Shown here: positions 28,846 to 38,307 of the stretch, piece after piece
Position numbering within the stretch: position 1 is the first letter of the stretch
Layout of the letters: each line of letters starts with the position of its first letter
Assembly (NCBI GenBank): GCA_963674785.1
Contig: OY771555.1
Location: 1,280,001 to 1,344,000, forward strand
Origin: Caldisericia bacterium
Lineage (GTDB): Bacteria; Caldisericota; Caldisericia; JAAYUI01
Reading direction: 5' to 3'
DNA length: 64,000 nt
Position numbers and translations under genes: made by a program
Notes under the pieces: model-generated
What the model saw: the letters and a program-made list of their open reading frames with translations, nothing else
What the model was told of the DNA's origin: nothing
Database searches by the model: none

Positions 28846-30228
28846 ATGAGTGAACTACCAGGATACAAAGGAAAAGCGTTAGAGGTTTTATCAAGATTTT
28901 CAGCAAGAGTATGGGCGAAAGTCGAGATCGAAACTGATAGAGGAATATTTGTTGGAATTATTCTTCCAAGGGCTGAGCAGGCGGATGACCTTCATGTGGT
29001 CTTAAAGCTTATCACCGGATACAACATCGGAATTGCTGTCTCTAGCATCACGAATATCAAAGAGCTTGGTTATCGTGAAGCAAAATACAAAATCCCTGAA
29101 CAGGATTTCCCATTTGATGCTAAGAAACGAAATGTCACACTTCTTGGAACCGGTGGAACGATTGCGTCAAGACTTGATTATCGAACTGGTGCTGTTATTC
29201 CAGCTTTCAGTCCGGGTGAACTATATGGTGCTGTCCCAGAACTCGCAGATATTTGCAACCTGAAAACTGAAAAACTTTTTGGAGTTTTCTCAGAGAACAT
29301 GAGCTGGGAACAATACCGAATTCTGGCTGAAGCCATTGGTCGTGAAATTAACCAGGGTGCAGATGGAATCGTTATTGGTCATGGAACAGACACAATGCAC
29401 CACACAGCAGCTGCTCTTTCATATATGGTTCAGGATTCTCCAGTACCAATCGTCATGGTTGGTTCACAAAGATCATCTGATAGGCCATCATCTGATGCTG
29501 CATTCAACCTTCAGTGTGCTTGCAACACTGCAGCAAACGGTCAGATTGCAGAAACGCTTGTTTGCATGTTTGGGCCAACATCCGATTCATATAACCTTCT
29601 TCATCGTGGAACAAGAGTTCGCAAAATGCACAGTTCATATCGTTCAACCTTCAGAACCCTCAGTGATGTTCCAGTTGGAATGTGTACCCCTGACAAAGTC
29701 ACACCAATCAAAAAAGTTTTCAAACACAGAAGAAAAGACAGAAACGTAAAGATTGACACAGCATATGACGATCGTGTGACGATTGTTTATTATTACCCAG
29801 GAATGAAACCAGACATAATCGATTCACTTGTTAAGCGTGGTTATAAGGGTATCGTTATCGCTGGCACAGGTCTTGGTCATGTCAACAAGCCACTCTATGA
29901 GCCACTCACAAGAGCGGTCAATGCTGGTGTACATGTCTATATGACAGTCCAGACCCTTTGGGGATTTGCACAGATGTATGTCTATGATACCGGTCGCGAC
30001 CTTCTTGAGATGGGTGTTCAGTCAGCTGGCAACATGACCCCAGAGGCAGCATACATCAAGCTTGGTTGGGCATTGGGTCACTCACACGACAAAGACGAAG
30101 TACATAAGCTCATGGTAGAGGATATCATAAATGATGAGATCACGGAGCGTGAGCCACCTGATGGGTATCTCGTATTCCAAGGTGGACTTCCTGAAATTGA
30201 AGACTACTTGAGTAAGCATATCAGATAA
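28846..30228 (+). CDS. gatD: Glu-tRNA(Gln) amidotransferase subunit D (archaeal type)
   Basis: GatD N-domain HVVLKLITGYNIG; TGGTIASRLDYRTGAV, HGTDTM, GSQRSSDRPSSD, RVRKMHSS. Confidence 0.93.
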   Translation: MSELPGYKGKALEVLSRFSARVWAKVEIETDRGIFVGIILPRAEQADDLHVVLKLITGYNIGIAVSSITNIKELGYREAKYKIPEQDFPFDAKKRNVTLLGTGGTIASRLDYRTGAVIPAFSPGELYGAVPELADICNLKTEKLFGVFSENMSWEQYRILAEAIGREINQGADGIVIGHGTDTMHHTAAALSYMVQDSPVPIVMVGSQRSSDRPSSDAAFNLQCACNTAANGQIAETLVCMFGPTSDSYNLLHRGTRVRKMHSSYRSTFRTLSDVPVGMCTPDKVTPIKKVFKHRRKDRNVKIDTAYDDRVTIVYYYPGMKPDIIDSLVKRGYKGIVIAGTGLGHVNKPLYEPLTRAVNAGVHVYMTVQTLWGFAQMYVYDTGRDLLEMGVQSAGNMTPEAAYIKLGWALGHSHDKDEVHKLMVEDIINDEITEREPPDGYLVFQGGLPEIEDYLSKHIR

Positions 30229-30265
30229 CACCAAGACTCACTAAAACTAAATATTAGAAACTATA

Positions 30266-30301
30266 TAATGCCATAAGATTAGAAATAGTCTTGTGGCATT
30301 A
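30266..30301 (+). terminator. 15-bp hairpin downstream of gatD
   Basis: TAATGCCATAAGATT-agaaat-AGTCTTGTGGCATTA; both mismatches form G-U pairs in + strand RNA. Confidence 0.55.
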
Positions 30302-30500
30302 GTTGTATATTGGGATAATTATTTTCCTATGTATAGCAATATATTACATTAATTAAGACTATTAATACAAATAAAAATATTTAAGTAATATGTATACTTT
30401 TGATAATTAGTATTATCAAGATATTTGTATAAAAATAGACATTAAAAACGTTATTACACATCTAAAATATTTATTATGCGTAAATAGATTATATTACAGT

Positions 30501-31895
30501 CTATTGTTCTATTAGCATGCTGAAATATTTATTATGGTTTTCAAATAGCTCTATACTATTTGAGTTGTTTTCTCTAAGTTCTGCTAAGCGGGTATTGATA
30601 TTCTGTTCTTGGTAATTTCTTTCTCCGGTTACTGAGATTTTTGCTGCTCTACTAAAAAATTTAAGGTACTCAGTTACCATTATCGAATCTATTTTGTCAA
30701 GTTCGAGTCGTTTGAATGCTTCTTCTCCCCAATCTGAAATTATCAAGCCATTCCTGTTTGAAAAAAGTAAGCGTACATCCCTAAGTTCGGCAAAAACCTT
30801 CGGATAGTAATAATAAAGCCAGCATAAACCCCAGAATTCGTTCCAGTTTACTTTCTCTTCGAAGAGAGATGCTCCAAATCTAAAAATGTTTATCAAGTTT
30901 TTGGCTTCTCTAATAGTTTTTACAGTTTCGACTGATAATTCGAACTCCTTAGATTTCGAAAACTTTTTTGCTTCTTGCAGTTTTTCTGAAGTAGATATTG
31001 TGTTAAAAGAAGGCTTATGTTTAAACTGTAAGTTGACTATATGTCTAGTTAGGAGCTTAGATAGGTTGCTTGTCGTTACTTTTGGCATATATGTTGGAAA
31101 TGTGATCATTTTTCTAATATAGTCTAATCCATTTCCACCAACTTCTTTTTTTATATTATTTGCCGTTGTGATTTGGTCATATGCTACAACAGTGTTTATG
31201 TTAGGTAAATCAGTCACCAATCTTATAACCTTTAACATTGTGAGGATCTCTTTTGATTGTAGTCTGTCCATGTCATCAATCAGGATTACTACCTTTCGAC
31301 TGAAGCTTCTAAGATTTCTTTCAAGCCTGTTTTTAATATCAAAAAAATCTTCTGGCATCTTTCCATATAAAAATGATTGAACACAATCAATAACTAGTTC
31401 AGGTATCTTAAATACAGGGTTGATTGTTGAGATTGCACCCATTACTTTCCCAAGTTTAATCAAATCATCACTTATATTAGGATTGCTTGTACCAATGGAT
31501 TTTGCGATTCTGTTTAGAAATGCTTCAATAATTTCCTTTTCACTACCAAAAAACCAGGGATCAAATTCAATCACAATTGGCATTTGTTTTCTCAGATTCC
31601 TAATGTATTTCTTCTTTCCTTGGCAACCTAGCTTTTTGAATTTTTCTCTGTTGCGAAAAGAATAAAGGAAGAACTTTTCGCTTTTAAGATAGCTTTTTAC
31701 AAAACCTAACATGCTAGATTTTCCAGAACCCCAAGGACCTGCAATTCCAATTGAATAATTACCACTATCAGTTGGGTTACAAGCGATTTTTGTAATCCTC
31801 TTTGCGTGGTTTTTAAATTTAAACAAATCATTTTTTGGATCACTGATTGGTTTGTCATCCTCATAGCCTAACTTCATTTTTGCTTTTTCAGTCAT
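30501..31895 (-). CDS. KAP family P-loop NTPase
   Basis: IAGPWGSGKSS, IEFDPW, VVILIDDMDRL, DYIRKMI; SD GGAGGGTG; visibly more AT-rich than its flanks. Confidence 0.88.
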   Translation of the reverse strand: MTEKAKMKLGYEDDKPISDPKNDLFKFKNHAKRITKIACNPTDSGNYSIGIAGPWGSGKSSMLGFVKSYLKSEKFFLYSFRNREKFKKLGCQGKKKYIRNLRKQMPIVIEFDPWFFGSEKEIIEAFLNRIAKSIGTSNPNISDDLIKLGKVMGAISTINPVFKIPELVIDCVQSFLYGKMPEDFFDIKNRLERNLRSFSRKVVILIDDMDRLQSKEILTMLKVIRLVTDLPNINTVVAYDQITTANNIKKEVGGNGLDYIRKMITFPTYMPKVTTSNLSKLLTRHIVNLQFKHKPSFNTISTSEKLQEAKKFSKSKEFELSVETVKTIREAKNLINIFRFGASLFEEKVNWNEFWGLCWLYYYYPKVFAELRDVRLLFSNRNGLIISDWGEEAFKRLELDKIDSIMVTEYLKFFSRAAKISVTGERNYQEQNINTRLAELRENNSNSIELFENHNKYFSMLIEQ

Positions 31896-31987
31896 TTCAC
31901 CCTCCAGCAAATAAATGTACAATAACATGATTGCTCACGCAATATTGGTAACATTTTCACAATTTCTGTCGTACTATAAGAAAAAAC

Positions 31988-33178
31988 ATGGAGAAGTTTA
32001 GAAAAATGAAAAAACTAATAGTATTTTTTCTGGTATCTTCTTTGATAGTTGCCTTTGGGATTCCAGTGGCACAAAACACAAAAGCAGAGACAGTTTGGAA
32101 GATCGGAGACAGAGTCGTCCCTGGCCCACTTCCGCCAAATTTCAAATCCCCTGCGCCAGAGCTTGAAAGCAGGCTTGATCTCTCTTATGGTGACCATGAA
32201 CTTCAAAAAGTTGATTTTTATAGGCCAGTAGAGTGTGAGGGTCAAACTCTTCCTCTTGCTATCTACATCCATGGTGGTGGGTTCACCGGTGGTGACAAAG
32301 GAAGGGCATTTCAAAAAGCCGAATGCACTATGTTTTTTCAGATGGGTTTTGCTGTGGCGTCTGTCAATTACAGACTCGCACCAGATTTTGAAATGCATTA
32401 TCTGATTGAGGACTGCAAGCTTGCCATCAGATATTTAAAAGCAAATGCAAATGATTTGGGGATTGACCCTGAAAGAATCGCAATCTGGGGGACATCAGCG
32501 GGTGGTCACCTTGTAGGAATACTTGGAACAGCAGACGATGATGACGGACTTGAGGGAGAGGGACTTCTTGAGTATTCAAGCAGAGTAAATGCTGTTGTAA
32601 ACCAGTATGGAACGGCTGATTTTACAACGATGTTCAAACAGATTAACACAGAAAGAGCAAAAAAGAACATTCAGGATTTCTTTGGCAAAGAAACTTTTGA
32701 AGAGTGTAAAGATGAAGCAAAAAGAACATCAACTGTCACATATGCGAGCTCTGATGACCCACCAATGCTTATTCAACATGGTGATGCTGACCCTGTGGTT
32801 CCATATGCTCAATCAAGACAGCTCGCAAAGACACTCTTTGAAGCTGATGCTAGCTGTGCACTTGTGAAGGTGAGTAATGGTGGACATGGATTTGGTGCTG
32901 TAGATAAATCAAAGGATGTGGTTCCTGGAAGAGAAACAACAACTTTTCAGTGTGTGGCACATCTTGCAAGATATATTGAGCCAGAAGTGCTTGGTGATTT
33001 GAATCTGGATGGAAAGATTAATCTTGATGATATGTTTGAGCTTGCATCGTTGATTGGTTCCTTGGGAACAGATGAAAATGGAAATTCAGCACCTGAATAT
33101 TGGAATCCACTTGCAGACCTTGTTCCCGATGGGAAAATTGACATCAAAGATTGGGAATTATTTTGGGAGGTATATTAG
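31988..33178 (+). CDS. Secreted alpha/beta hydrolase (HSL/BD-FAE-like esterase) with C-terminal dockerin-like domain
   Basis: Signal peptide; HGGG, GTSAGG, HGDADPVVP, GGHGF; GDLNLDGKINLDD...ADLVPDGKIDIKD. Confidence 0.88.
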   Translation: MEKFRKMKKLIVFFLVSSLIVAFGIPVAQNTKAETVWKIGDRVVPGPLPPNFKSPAPELESRLDLSYGDHELQKVDFYRPVECEGQTLPLAIYIHGGGFTGGDKGRAFQKAECTMFFQMGFAVASVNYRLAPDFEMHYLIEDCKLAIRYLKANANDLGIDPERIAIWGTSAGGHLVGILGTADDDDGLEGEGLLEYSSRVNAVVNQYGTADFTTMFKQINTERAKKNIQDFFGKETFEECKDEAKRTSTVTYASSDDPPMLIQHGDADPVVPYAQSRQLAKTLFEADASCALVKVSNGGHGFGAVDKSKDVVPGRETTTFQCVAHLARYIEPEVLGDLNLDGKINLDDMFELASLIGSLGTDENGNSAPEYWNPLADLVPDGKIDIKDWELFWEVY

Positions 33179-33183
33179 AATTT

Positions 33184-34344
33184 ATGAAGAAATTGATTTC
33201 AATAGCCCTTGTTTTAGTTCTGATTTTTTCTGCAACGTCACTTTTTGCAAAAGAAGAGAAGACCTATAAACTCGGTGACAGAGTTATCCCTGGTCCACTG
33301 CCACCTGATTCCTATGCTGGCATACCAAGATCTGAAAGAAGATTAGATGTGAAGTATGGTGATAAATCTGAATGGCAGGTTTTCGATTTTGCACGTCCTG
33401 AAATATGTGAAGGACAGACAATACCTCTTGTGATATTTTTCCATGGTGATGGTTTTTCACACAAAGTCACAAAGGATGGTGGTTTAAGAAATCCTCCAGC
33501 GATTCAATTTTTGCAACTTGGGTTTGCTGTGGCCTCAGTTGACTATCGAGTTATCGATGATGAGGTGTTTCCAGCTTTGGTTCACGATTGCAAACTTGCT
33601 ATCAGATATTTCAGAAAAAATGCGGAAGAGTTTGGAATAGACCCTGACAGGATTGCTGTTTGGGGAAGCTCGATGGGTGGCTACCTTTCGGCTTTTTTGG
33701 GATACGTGAACGATGATGATGGTTTTGAAGGTGAGGGACTTGAGGATGTTTCAAGTTCCGTTTCGGTGATTGTTGATTATTTTGGCGTAAAAGCTGTTGG
33801 TCGAATTGATACAAAACAAGCGGTACCAAATAGACCTCGATTTGTTGGCGAAGAAGCAGGAACACCAGAGTTTAAGAAAAAAGCATATGAAGCATCACCC
33901 ATAAACTATGTTGATGAAAATGATCCACCGACTCTCATGATTCATGGCGATAAAGACACAAAAGTGAACTATGAACAAAGTGTTTTGTTTGCTCAGAAGA
34001 ATTATGAGTTCGGGAATAATATTGCATTAATTAAGGTAAAAAATGCTGAACATGGTTTTGACCCATCTCCTGCAGATGCTGTTATCTCCCCGGCAAATGA
34101 AGAAATCTGGTTTGCAACAGTTGCCCATATTGCAAGATATGTTGAACCTGAGGTTTTTGGTGACCTGAACCTTGATGGCAGTGTCAACCTCGATGACATG
34201 TTTGAGCTTGCATCATTGATTGGTTCATTGGGAACTGATGAAAATGGAAATTCAGCGCCAGAATATTGGAATCCACTTGCAGACCTTGTTCCTGATGGAA
34301 AAATTGACATCAAAGACTGGAACAAATTTTGGGAGGTTTACTGA
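33184..34344 (+). CDS. Secreted alpha/beta hydrolase paralog with C-terminal dockerin-like domain
   Basis: Signal peptide; HGDG, GSSMGG, HGDKD, AEHGF; nearly the same C-terminal module as the upstream gene. Confidence 0.88.
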   Translation: MKKLISIALVLVLIFSATSLFAKEEKTYKLGDRVIPGPLPPDSYAGIPRSERRLDVKYGDKSEWQVFDFARPEICEGQTIPLVIFFHGDGFSHKVTKDGGLRNPPAIQFLQLGFAVASVDYRVIDDEVFPALVHDCKLAIRYFRKNAEEFGIDPDRIAVWGSSMGGYLSAFLGYVNDDDGFEGEGLEDVSSSVSVIVDYFGVKAVGRIDTKQAVPNRPRFVGEEAGTPEFKKKAYEASPINYVDENDPPTLMIHGDKDTKVNYEQSVLFAQKNYEFGNNIALIKVKNAEHGFDPSPADAVISPANEEIWFATVAHIARYVEPEVFGDLNLDGSVNLDDMFELASLIGSLGTDENGNSAPEYWNPLADLVPDGKIDIKDWNKFWEVY

Positions 34345-34410
34345 AGTTAAAATAATTGAACGATTATCTTGATTGTTGTAACACAAACTCGAATATAGAA
34401 TCTCTTCGAT

Positions 34411-36363
34411 ATGAAAAAAGAGAAACAATTTGATGATATAAATTATTATTCAAGTATTGGGTTTAAGTCAGGTCTTGAAATCCACCAACAATTGGACACA
34501 AAGAAAAAGCTTTTCTGCAGATGTCCGGTGGGATACAGAACAGAAAGGCCTGATGCAAGAATTGTTAGACATATGAGACCAACTCTTTCTGAGATGGGTA
34601 CCTATGATGGTACTGCATTAATGGAGTTCAAAACAAAAAAAGAAGTAAACTATCTCTTATACAGAGATTTTGTTTGCACATATGAGATGGATGATACTCC
34701 ACCATTTCCAGTTAACCCAGAGGCATTGGATTATGCAATTGAAATCGCATTGATGCTCAATTGCCAGTTGGTCGATGAGGTTCATATCACAAGAAAGCAG
34801 TATCTCGATGGTTCAATCCCAACCGGTTTCCAGCGAACAGCCATTGTCGGTGTTGAAGGGTGGATTCCATACAAAGACAGAAAAATAAGAATTCAGCAAC
34901 TCGCAATTGAAGAGGACTCATGTCGTGAGGTCTCGGATATTGGTCACAAAATAACCTTTAAAACTGATAGATTGGGTATCCCTCTAGTGGAGATTGTCAC
35001 ATATCCGGATATGAGAACCCCACACGAGTGTGCTGAGGTTGGAGAGATTCTTGGAAGGCTTCTAAGGGCGTCTGGAAAAGTACGTCGCGGAATGGGTTCA
35101 GCAAGACAGGATGTTAATAGTTCTGTTACGGGTGGCCCACGAATCGAGATAAAGGGTGTACCAAAGACATGGTATATCCCAAGAATGCTCGACACTGAGT
35201 CAAAAAGACATCTGAAACTTCTTGAGATAAGAGACAGGCTCAATAAGAATGGTCTTAAGTACAATGAAAATCTGAATCCAACACTCAGGGAAGAGGAAAG
35301 ACTCAGGGAGTTGGAAAAACTCAAAAAGGGAATTGTTTCTGATGTTACACATCTTCTTGTGGATACATCATTTCCACCGATAAGAGAAGCCATTGGAAGA
35401 AATCAGAATGTTTGGGCGATTAAGCTTGAGCAGTTTGAGGATGTTTTATCAGAAAATGTTCAACCAGATAAAACCTTTGGTGAGGAGTTTGCTGGAAGAA
35501 TAAGGGTCATCGCTTGTCTTGATGGAAAACCAAATATGATTTGGAGATCAGCGGGGAAGCTTTATCCGGGTGATTGGGAAAGAATTACCTCTGAGCTATC
35601 GTCACGACCGAATGATGAGGTAGTTTTGGTTTGGGGTGAAAAGGGTGATCTTGAGGTTGCATCAAACGAGATTTTACTTCGAGCAAATGAAGCAACACTT
35701 GGAATTCCTGAAGAAACAAGACAACATATGCAGGATGGTTATAGAACAGATTTTGAAAGGATTCTTCCTGGACCAGACAGAATGTATCCAGATACTGACT
35801 CTCCACCCGTTAGAATTACTGAAGAGAGAAGAACACGAATTGCAAAGAACCGACCTGAAAGACCATGGGAGAGAGAAGAGAAGTATAACAGTCTAGGAAT
35901 CCATGAATCAGTCGGTTGGAAATTGGCAGCACACCCAAGGGCAACACTTTTTGAAAAACTGCTTGAAGTTGGGTTTGAGCCAAAACTTGCTGCAGAATTG
36001 ATAGTGAACTGGTTAACCCATCTGAGACGCCAAAATAAAGCCTGTCTTGAAAAAGTCCTTACAGATGAAGTGCTGGTTGATGTCATAAGAGTTGCTGTAG
36101 AGAAAAAACTTCCAAAAGAGGCTATCAAAAACGAATTGAATTCACTTGCCTCTGATTGTGATTATAAATTTCAATACCCCGAGCTTGCTGTTGACAAAGA
36201 TATTGAATTTATCATATCTGATGTGCTTGCAAGAGCTGAAAAAATCAAATTTGAATCAATTGATGCGAAAAAACGTTGGGTAAAAGGAAGATCTGTCAGA
36301 TCACTTTATGGAAGAGTGCATGGCAAGATGATTTCTGATTTGATTGATAATAAATTGAACTGA
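34411..36363 (+). CDS. gatE: Glu-tRNA(Gln) amidotransferase subunit E (archaeal type)
   Basis: GLEIHQQL...KLFCRCP, DGSIPTGFQRT, RQDVNSSV, AspRS-like insertion, PGPDRMYPDTD. Confidence 0.93.
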   Translation: MKKEKQFDDINYYSSIGFKSGLEIHQQLDTKKKLFCRCPVGYRTERPDARIVRHMRPTLSEMGTYDGTALMEFKTKKEVNYLLYRDFVCTYEMDDTPPFPVNPEALDYAIEIALMLNCQLVDEVHITRKQYLDGSIPTGFQRTAIVGVEGWIPYKDRKIRIQQLAIEEDSCREVSDIGHKITFKTDRLGIPLVEIVTYPDMRTPHECAEVGEILGRLLRASGKVRRGMGSARQDVNSSVTGGPRIEIKGVPKTWYIPRMLDTESKRHLKLLEIRDRLNKNGLKYNENLNPTLREEERLRELEKLKKGIVSDVTHLLVDTSFPPIREAIGRNQNVWAIKLEQFEDVLSENVQPDKTFGEEFAGRIRVIACLDGKPNMIWRSAGKLYPGDWERITSELSSRPNDEVVLVWGEKGDLEVASNEILLRANEATLGIPEETRQHMQDGYRTDFERILPGPDRMYPDTDSPPVRITEERRTRIAKNRPERPWEREEKYNSLGIHESVGWKLAAHPRATLFEKLLEVGFEPKLAAELIVNWLTHLRRQNKACLEKVLTDEVLVDVIRVAVEKKLPKEAIKNELNSLASDCDYKFQYPELAVDKDIEFIISDVLARAEKIKFESIDAKKRWVKGRSVRSLYGRVHGKMISDLIDNKLN

Positions 36364-37230
36364 TTAATCAAAGAGCCTTGTTTTTCTCACCGGTTTTGGC
36401 TTTGAATATGTGTCAAAGATTTGGTGTTTTTTCCTGAGCATCGATAGATATCCATATAATCCACTGCCATATTTTTTTGCAACATTACTAGATTTGTAAA
36501 GGATTCTGTACTTGGGAACGAGCTCAGGGAACTTCTTTTCTAGAAATCGGAAGAATTTGTTCTTTGTATTTCCCCTAAGGTGTAGTGCCGATGCAAACAT
36601 GTTGCTCACGTTGTATTTTTTGCAGAGCTTGAATATCTCTTCAAGATTATCTCTCTGATCTGTTATAAGAGGGATAATTGGCATGAGAAGAACAGTTGTT
36701 TTGATACCAATCTTACTGAACTCTCCGAGCATTTCTAACCGGTCTTTAGTAGGTGATGCACCAGGTTCAACAATTTTTCTTGTTTTCTCGTCGAGTGTTG
36801 AAACTGAAGTTCCGACATGAACTTCAGCAACTTTAGAAAGCTCCCTTATGAGTTCAAAGTCCCTTAAAATCAGTGTTGATTTTGTTGTAATTATTGTGGG
36901 ATTTTCGTGATTGATCATTGTCCTTAATACCTTGGGCATGAGTTTGTATTTTTTCTCAATAGGCTGATAAGAGTCAGATACTCCGCCAATTGTTACTGCG
37001 TGATTTTCCCAGCTTCTTTTTGATAGCTGGGTATCAAGAGCACCTGCGATATTTGTTTTTACAAAAATATCTGAAAAGAAGCAGTCTGTGTTGAGGTATC
37101 TGTGAGAGTATTGGGCGAAACAATAAGCACATCCATGACCACAACCTCTGTAAATATTCAAATCCCAATTGGACGCGAAGGTTTTCCCGTGGAAATGCAA
37201 CGCTGTTTTTGCTTCTATTTCATGAATCAC
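36364..37230 (-). CDS. Radical SAM protein, SPL/Rv2578c-like family
   Basis: NIYRGCGHGCAYCFA, SDSYQPIE, ITTKS, VEPGASP. Confidence 0.88.
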   Translation of the reverse strand: MIHEIEAKTALHFHGKTFASNWDLNIYRGCGHGCAYCFAQYSHRYLNTDCFFSDIFVKTNIAGALDTQLSKRSWENHAVTIGGVSDSYQPIEKKYKLMPKVLRTMINHENPTIITTKSTLILRDFELIRELSKVAEVHVGTSVSTLDEKTRKIVEPGASPTKDRLEMLGEFSKIGIKTTVLLMPIIPLITDQRDNLEEIFKLCKKYNVSNMFASALHLRGNTKNKFFRFLEKKFPELVPKYRILYKSSNVAKKYGSGLYGYLSMLRKKHQIFDTYSKPKPVRKTRLFD

Positions 37231-37308
37231 GACATTATTATCGGAGGCAAGGGTAATATTAGAAACTGAAACTAAGTAAAACGAAAAACTTTTGTTTTGA
37301 AAAAAGAA

Positions 37309-37431
37309 TTATGGTTGCTTGTACCTGAAACCAACTCCCTGATCTTCAGCAAAATCAAGACACTCTTCCTGACCGAAGAGACAACTTACCGTCCTGCTAA
37401 ACCACTGTGCAAATCTTTTAAAAACGCTCAC
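37309..37431 (-). CDS. Small 40-aa ORF, not in ORF track
   Basis: GTG start after AAAAGGGGGATACCAA; MSVFKRFAQWFSRTVSCLFGQEECLDFAEDQGVGFRYKQP. Confidence 0.55.
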   Translation of the reverse strand: MSVFKRFAQWFSRTVSCLFGQEECLDFAEDQGVGFRYKQP

Positions 37432-37528
37432 TTGGTATCCCCCTTTTGAGCTAACTTGCACGTAGTGGTAACAGAATCTATATCGAAATCAACAAAGACG
37501 GGTTAAGTAGATTTAATAAATGGGTTAT

Positions 37529-38179
37529 TTAGATTCTGACGAGGAAGAATATTCGGTAGTTTTTATCTACCTTAATATGTCGTATTGCCTTCATCTGTGA
37601 CTTGGCAAGTTCTGAGGCAAACTGGTCAAGTTCGGCAAAATATCGTGTGTTGTCTGAGTTTACTCTGGTTTGGAGATTTACATCATGTTTAAGAGAATCA
37701 GGGATTCCAAGCATGGTTGAAATGACAACCTTACCATCTTTTTTGAGATTTTCTCTAACTCTTTTCAGGAAAAATACTCTGTCACCACCTATGATTCCCT
37801 GGAAAAACTGGTCAGCAATAATCCAGTCATATGGAGGGTTCGGAAATCCTCTGTGTGTCATGGCGTTACCAATGAAGAATGTTAGATTAGATGGACACTC
37901 TCGTTCACCACAGATGTTGATAGCTGATTCTGCTAAGTCGCAGGCTTCAACGGTCACATCTTCATGTGATGCTAGTGCGAAAGCAAGATCTCCCGATCCA
38001 CAACCAAGTTCAAGAATCTTTGCACCAGGAGCAAATTTCTCTTCTTTCGCCCATTTGAGCATAAATTTCCTGGATTCCTCTGACTCAATAGGCCAGTTCT
38101 TGATTCCCTTCTCAGCCATCTCTCGATATGTCGGTTCCATATCGTAGTAGAATTTTCTAATATCTTTTCTTCTTGACAC
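37529..38179 (-). CDS. Class I SAM-dependent methyltransferase
   Basis: ILELGCGSG motif I; ACDLAESAI; LKKDGKVVI. Confidence 0.85.
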   Translation of the reverse strand: MSRRKDIRKFYYDMEPTYREMAEKGIKNWPIESEESRKFMLKWAKEEKFAPGAKILELGCGSGDLAFALASHEDVTVEACDLAESAINICGERECPSNLTFFIGNAMTHRGFPNPPYDWIIADQFFQGIIGGDRVFFLKRVRENLKKDGKVVISTMLGIPDSLKHDVNLQTRVNSDNTRYFAELDQFASELAKSQMKAIRHIKVDKNYRIFFLVRI

Positions 38180-38307
38180 GATCCTACAATATACTCCAAT
38201 CCTTAACGGGTTAATTTTAGCTTGAAATTATCAAATTGAAAGGGTGTTTTGAATAAGGGAATTGAAGGTTTGTTGATATTTAAATCCTTCATCATATTAT
38301 TTGAAGA

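Noticed and set aside
28846-30228. Ordinary L-asparaginase
   Set aside because: It has the GatD N-terminal domain and the ASRLDYRTGAV and QRSSDRPSSD signatures, and a GatE partner lies 4 kb away
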